Shown here one piece after another: positions 57,433-64,000 of a DNA stretch of 64,000 bases. The number at the start of each line of letters is the position of its first letter. Position 1 is the first letter of the stretch. The notes beneath the pieces were generated by a model. That model saw only the letters and a program-made list of their open reading frames with translations. It was not told the origin of the DNA and did no database searches. A program made the position numbers and the translations under genes. This DNA is from Eledone cirrhosa (lineage: Eukaryota): positions 135,780,001-135,844,000 of the forward strand of contig OZ024741.1 of the NCBI GenBank assembly GCA_964016885.1. The letters run 5' to 3'.

Positions 57433-57470
57433 CACATTATATACGTTATACACACACACATGTATATATT
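57058..57470. repeat. Higher-order repeats built from TA microsatellite (unit attacattattgcatata.., about 41 bp; plus a duplication about 155 bp apart)
   Basis: attattgcatata occurs four times. cattatatacgttatacacacacacatgtata occurs at about 57281 and 57435. Confidence 0.85.
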
Positions 57471-57741
57471 TATAAATGCGTGTATGTGTGTAAATAAATT
57501 TATAAATATATATATATACAGTATATATATATATATGTTTGTATGGATATATTATATAAGTGTAAGAGAGGAAACTAGATGTATGACTAAGACGACACTC
57601 AAGAGACATCTGTCTCATGTAAGGTAAAAGCAGCTGTCATATTGAATGAAGAATCAAATTGAAAGTAGGCAGGTCATCTGGCTGATCAATGATGAAGTGT
57701 CAAATAGTAGTCACTGACTCCGAATTATTGGAAAATACAAA

Positions 57742-57838
<97 letters not shown>

Positions 57839-58649
57839 CATATATATATAGTAATAATAATAAATTTGAAGACTAAAATCCAAAGAGGGCTCGATAAGGA
57901 TAAATATATAAGACCGTAGAGCAAATATTTATTAAAATTTATGAAGATCCCGTTAAGGGTGAAAGCAGCGATTCTTTGCTTAAACTTTAATCTGTTATTT
58001 TAATAAATATATATATATATATATATTACATATATACAAGCATATATACAAGCATACATACATACACATATTCATACATCCGCGTATATATATATATATA
58101 TATATATAATTGTTTCTACATTTGGCACAAGGCCAGCAAAATACCCAGTGCATTACTGGTACTTTATTTTATCGACCCCGTAGGGATGAAAGGCAAAGTT
58201 AAACTTGGCGGGATTTGAACTCAGACCACAAAGGGCCGTAACTCTTTTCTGCAAAGTATGGCGTCCGACCCTCTACCGATATTGCCATTCCACATATAAT
58301 AAAAGAAAACAAGGAAGTTTCGTTTACATGTATAAGATGTTTATTGTCTCGACATGTTACGCGAGTGTCGCAGAGGATTGGCTCAAGGTGACCCATAGGA
58401 TCTATGGACTCGACTCCATTTATGTTCATACACGGACCAGAAACGCTAACTGAGGTCTTAAGGCCCAATTTTGAAACTCCCCCCCCCCCTAGTAGTGATA
58501 TTCCGTTTATGAACATAAATTAATAATATATCAGCTTCTTCACCAGGTTGAGCAACCTTTTCCATTTTCCTTTTTCATATTCTCAGATATTTTATTACAT
58601 CTACATATACATAGATACACATACACAAACACACACACACGCATCTATA

Positions 58650-58681
<32 letters not shown>

Positions 58682-59330
58682 CGTCGCCACCTAAAATTTG
58701 TAAATCAGTGGCTAGTTGAGAGATAGAATCCTATCGGTTGCCAGTTGCTAATCGCTTTACCGTGTCGGTTGTCACAAACAGTCATGACCGGCATGGGCCC
58801 GTGTTTGGATTCTGTCGATCGATTGGTTATTGATTAGGCGATACCCGCTGATGAAGCCGCAAAAGCCGATTGCGCATTGTTGCATAATATATGGAGACAA
58901 ATGGTGCAATGCACCTTACTGCTGCATTAGTGCGGCAGAAACTCGAGTCCGGGTACCTTATAAGCACCCGTTTTACGTGTGTTGTGTTGAGGCAAATAAC
59001 TATGTGTATACTCTTGTAATTTATCTTACATTGCCCATTGAGTGCGCTGAGATACAACCGGTACTGGCATTGATAAATATGCTGGGTCCGTCAACCCTTA
59101 TTATATATATAGTAGTAACTGAGGGGATTCTACCGTAGCTTTACCAAAATCGCTAGTTGGTTATCGACGTTCGATTGCTTAGATCGAGTTTTCTTATGGT
59201 TTATGAATCATGAAATTGTACCACAAGGAAAGAACATTTTCCACCTTGAAGTATGTATTTTTCCAAAATATGTGCTTTATAAATGTACGGCTCTTTCACG
59301 CTGCCTCTAGACATATATCTCTTAATTAGA

Positions 59331-59431
<101 letters not shown>

Positions 59432-59593
59432 AGTATATATAAACCCGTTGAGCAAATTATTAGCACAAAGAAGAAAATTTAAGCAAACAATTTCTGCTTT
59501 AATCCTAAAGCGTGATCTGTGAATGCAGAAATTGTTTGCTTGTAAGTTTTAAACTATATAATTTTGTAATAAAATTAGCTTCGTTTCTTCATA

Positions 59594-59657
59594 TTCGCGG
59601 CTATATATATTTCAGTGATAGCCATTATTCAACAGCTATGACCTCATCAGGCAGTAA
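59594..59657 (-). ncRNA. Type I hammerhead motif, homolog of 56821-56880, in a solo pseudo-LTR (about 59480-59770)
   Basis: UUACUGC-CUGAUGA-GGUCAUAGC...GCUAUCACU-GAAA-UAUAUA-UA-GCCGCGAA. Confidence 0.75.
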
Positions 59658-59784
59658 GAACTTGAACAGAAAAAAAAGAAAACAATGTTGAAATGGATTT
59701 TACCTTGTTAATTCATTGATATGTCCAGCTCCAGGGTGCGTTGTTAGTCCTCTAAGGAACTGAAAACATAGATATATACATGTA

Positions 59785-59854
<70 letters not shown>

Positions 59855-60456
59855 CAGTGTGCTAGGTTTACGTACGTACGCACACTGACATATTGGCGAA
59901 AGCATGTAGGATCACTCAGCACCACAATAAAGGTTAATATATCATTAAGGCTGGTATTATGGCTTGTTACTGCGAAGTTTCCTTATTCGTTCCAGGTTTA
60001 GCAAACAATTGTATCACGCAGAGGAAACTCTAGATTAACAGTGAAAAGGATTAGCCTTAGAAAACTACACACACATAGATGCAAAGGACACTAGGCTGAC
60101 CTGGGATCGAGTACATAACACTGTGCTTCCCCTTGTACGTCCCTTTACAGTCTGATTTCAAATCCCATCGAGGTTAACTTTGCCTTTCATCCTTACGGGG
60201 TCGATAAAAGAAAGTACAAGTAATGAACTGGGTAATTGCTGGCCTTGTGCCAAAAGTAGAAACACTTATCTATAATATATATAACAATAAAGAGTAAGTG
60301 TCAAAGTATCATCGTTACGTTTATTCGCGTGTGACACTCCTTTCGCAATTATTGATCAGCTTAAGGAACGATCCTTATCGATTGCGCCCGACTTGGAATC
60401 AATAGCTCATGAGAGTCGTGGTTTCCTTAATGAAACCATATATATATATATATAAA

Positions 60457-60970
60457 ATTGAAAAAGTGGAGAATAACATGGTCAACAGTACCAAAAAAGG
60501 GGATTTATTTGCAGTCTAACAATTGTTTCACTGATAGAGTTGTCTAAAAATTGCTGAATACTAAAAGCAGTGCCACTCAATTTTAAATACGATGTTAACT
60601 CTATTAGATCTTCGGAAACTGTTAAAAAAAATATATATGGAACTGGCAAAGTTACAAATTCAAATTACATCATCAATAATAATATTAATAATATTGAGTG
60701 GCACTGCAATTTTTAGACAACTCTATCAGTATAACAATTGTTAGACTGCAAATAAATCCCCTTTTTTATACTGTTGACCATGTTATTCTCCACTTTTTCA
60801 ATGTTATTACTCCAAGATAAACTTACATAGGAATACAAGTGAAATCATAAACTTGTCTTCTACGTAAACTTCTTGTTGAGTCATACAACGTCGTACGCTA
60901 AAACTATCCATAATAAGAAGTATTCACAACCTCTAATTGGATAACCTATAACGATATTTTGTTATCCTTT
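60457..60970 (+). mobile_element. Fold-back element between (TA)n tracts
   Basis: Arms at 60457-60581 and 60693-60802, with an unpaired tail to about 60970. Confidence 0.85.
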
Positions 60971-62438
60971 ATATATATATATATATATATGCATACATAC
61001 ACACATATGCATACATACAAGAAAATTAAACTTCTACTTGTGTATTTTCTTCGACTAAGGTATTCATATTCTATACGGCTGCATTTTCATTTCGAATATT
61101 TTGTGTATGCTACTTGTAACCTAATGTTTTCATTCTTGTCTTCAGCGTAGATTAGTCTTTTAATACTTCCCGAAACATAAATTGATTGTTCTCGCTTCTG
61201 AATTTGATTTATTTCACATTTACGTCGTCAGGAACATCTTATTTTGAAATGTTATTTGGAATTTGTTTTTTAATTCAATGTGCTCGTTGAAATATACAGC
61301 TTCTTATGAACTTATAAAACACACAAGACAAAAGTGGTCTTGACAGTTACAGCAAATCTTTTAAAAGCTAGTACATCTTATTTCTTTTTAAACACTTCCT
61401 TATTCTCGTAACATCCTCACTTTCAATGCAGTCATGTCTTTGCATAAAAATTGAGATAATTGTATCATTCATTGTACATCAGCCAAGTCGATTCTTGATC
61501 TTAAGAGGCAGCCTATCCGAATAATGCTATCTGCTCGACACAAAGATATTACGATACTTAAAAGGTTAAGTAGTTCTAAACAACAGAAGAAACAAGGCGA
61601 TTTCAATGGATTTCATGAATATTAAATTATATTATATGTAATATAATTTATTTTTTATTTATTATGAACTTGTTTATCTAAAGTCGAGGGAAACCTGACA
61701 GGAGATGGCGTGTGAATATATTGCTATGAACACATCTCATAATGAAAGGCAGCTTTAAGTTAATTTCCTTTGCAATAATTATAGTTAGTTTAAGAGAGGG
61801 GTGATGCCAGAATTATCAGGACGCCACATATAATGTTCTGCAGTATTTTTTCCGGTTTTCTGTACACTGAGATCGAATCCCTTCAAAGGCAACTTTACCA
61901 AATAAATTACCTGACCAGTACTAATGGCATTTCTCTCCCTTTCTATCTCTTCTTTCTCACTCACCCTCATTTTCTCTCTCCTTTCTCTCTCTCTCTATAT
62001 ATTTATATGCATATATATATATATCGTTCTTTGTTGAAGAACTCTCGTCTGTGTTAACAACTAGAGAGCGATGTACAAGCCTGGTGTAACATGCTCATAT
62101 GAAAGTTAATTTTAAAGCGATAGTTTAGCGGATTCGGTTGGGTGCCGGACAAAATGATTCAGTTTAAATCCCATCGTGTTTGTGTTTACTCCTCAGGACA
62201 CCGAGGACGATAAAAACCTATACTCAAAGTCCACACTTAAGCGGTTGTAGTCTATAAATGAAAATAATTTTAATGAATTCAGTAAGAGAGGAATTATAAA
62301 AAGAATACATGTAAATGTATGTATCTCAACCGAATGGAAGTGTAATAATTATGTAAGAATCATCTCCCTCTAACATAAATTACGTATTCTTTCTATTTAA
62401 CAGTGGTCTCTTTCTGTTTCTCTCTCTCCCTCTCGCTC

Positions 62439-62523
<85 letters not shown>

Positions 62524-63014
62524 TTGTACAACATATTGGATTAAAAAATGTGATGTTCATGGGTAGAATGTTTTTGATCATGGTTCTTCTCGGTCATGAG
62601 TTACCTGGTCTGAGCAACAACAGCAACAATATATACAAATGTGTTTGTTTTGCGGCCTTTATCTCCATTGTCGTTTTCTAATTTAGAATCATTGGATCAT
62701 GTATAGAATATTGTTATAATAGGGAGCTGTTTATTTCCCGACAACTTAATGCTTATACAAAGCTACAGCAATAGGTTCCTTTACATTGATGAAACTACTG
62801 TATACTAATAGCGCATCCAATAGACGATATGAGACACCTTATTAATCAGTTCTCTGAAACTAGTAATTAATTGAATTAACCATCACCCTTGCTGCAAAAC
62901 AAACGAGCTCTTCAAAGAGAGAAAACATAAAGGACCATCATTTACATGTTTGACATCAATCTAAATACTATGAACGAAATGAAAAACAATGAACAGGAAT
63001 GAAATGAAATGAAA

Positions 63015-63560
63015 TTTACAGCTCACATGCAGGTTTAGCTGACTTCGTACGAGGTTACATCGCATATGTGGTTTCTAGGCAATGTAAATGATAGGTCACC
63101 TGTTCCTATTATGTTGTTATTGTTACACCTCATATCTATGCAGGTTTAGCTCATATGAGTTGCATCTCATAGGTCGCTTACGTGTTTTAACGATAGGGTC
63201 GGATTATGATGAAATATACCTAGCCTCCTACGAGGTTGCATCGCTTAGGAAATTTCTTGGATATTTTAACGATATGGGCCCCAGTCGTGCCATGTTGTAG
63301 TTGATGTACTAGCTCACAGTTATGAACGTTTAGCTGGTCTTCTACTGGCTTGTATGCTATAGTACGCTGAGTATTTTAACGATAGGGTTCCTACTTCTGT
63401 CATGTAACAGTTTACAGTTATAAAGCTAGCCCCCTACGCTATTGTATGCCATATGTGGTTTCTAGGGTGTTTCAATAATAGGTGCCCCATTCATATGTAA
63501 TTCTTACAGATCAAGCCTAGTTAGGTTTATCTGTCTCCTATTAGGTTGTATCTCATAGGA
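63015..63560. repeat. Degenerate tandem repeat, unit about 80-110 bp
   Basis: Recurrent ggtttagct, gaggttgcatc, catatgtggtttctagg and ttttaacgatagg. Confidence 0.7.
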
Positions 63561-63935
63561 CAGGGATGGGCAAACACTTTTGATCGGGGGCCATATTGAC
63601 TGGGTCATGAACACCAGAGGGTCGCACCATTTATTATGGAATATATGTGCCAGTAACCTTACTTCTCTTCAGTTAGAATTTAGAAAATATATAATATAAA
63701 CTGCATCATTATAATACATTAATTATTAAAATGATTAAATACAAAAACCTTAAAACAAAGTCTTCTTTTAATTTGTCTGTACATCACAAAATATTATTAA
63801 ATATTGTATACGACACATTAAGTATAATATACGAACATTTGTTGTTTTTTATGAATTCGCAAAATGATTCCACGGACCGCACAAAACTCTTTGGTGCGCC
63901 GCATTAGTCTCGCGGCCGTAGTTTACCCACAGTTG
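63561..63935. mobile_element. hAT-type MITE
   Basis: TIRs cagggatgggcaaac / gtttacccacagttg. 8-bp target duplication tcatagga / tcataaga. Confidence 0.85.
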
Positions 63936-64000
63936 TCATAAGAGGTTTGTCGGTTGGTACAGAGATAGAAATTCTAGTCCTATCATGAAAAGCAATTTGA

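Overview
AT-rich, microsatellite-dense, non-genic animal DNA with no complete host gene recognisable. An octopus-type cephalopod origin is inferred from the repeat landscape, not proven. Main contents: (1) a nearly intact 5.8-kb Tx1/L1-clade retrotransposon sitting in a (TATC)n tract; (2) three coding remnants of Penelope-like elements (PLEs) plus many short PLE pseudo-LTR remnants inserted in (TA)n tracts, most forming fold-back structures and many carrying type I minimal hammerhead ribozyme motifs; (3) RTE and R4/Dong LINE fragments, one RTE copy showing twin-priming-type inversion; (4) more than 20 copies of a tRNA-derived SINE, often head-to-tail; (5) a deleted mariner nested in a SINE, a non-autonomous Helitron, a hAT MITE, minisatellites and a 200-N gap. 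Weak host-gene signals are a candidate recursive splice site at 29460, a candidate micro-exon at 52146 and a possible decayed membrane-protein/GPCR segment at 25.5-27.2 kb. All calls are by eye with no database searches. Boundaries of degenerate elements are approximate.
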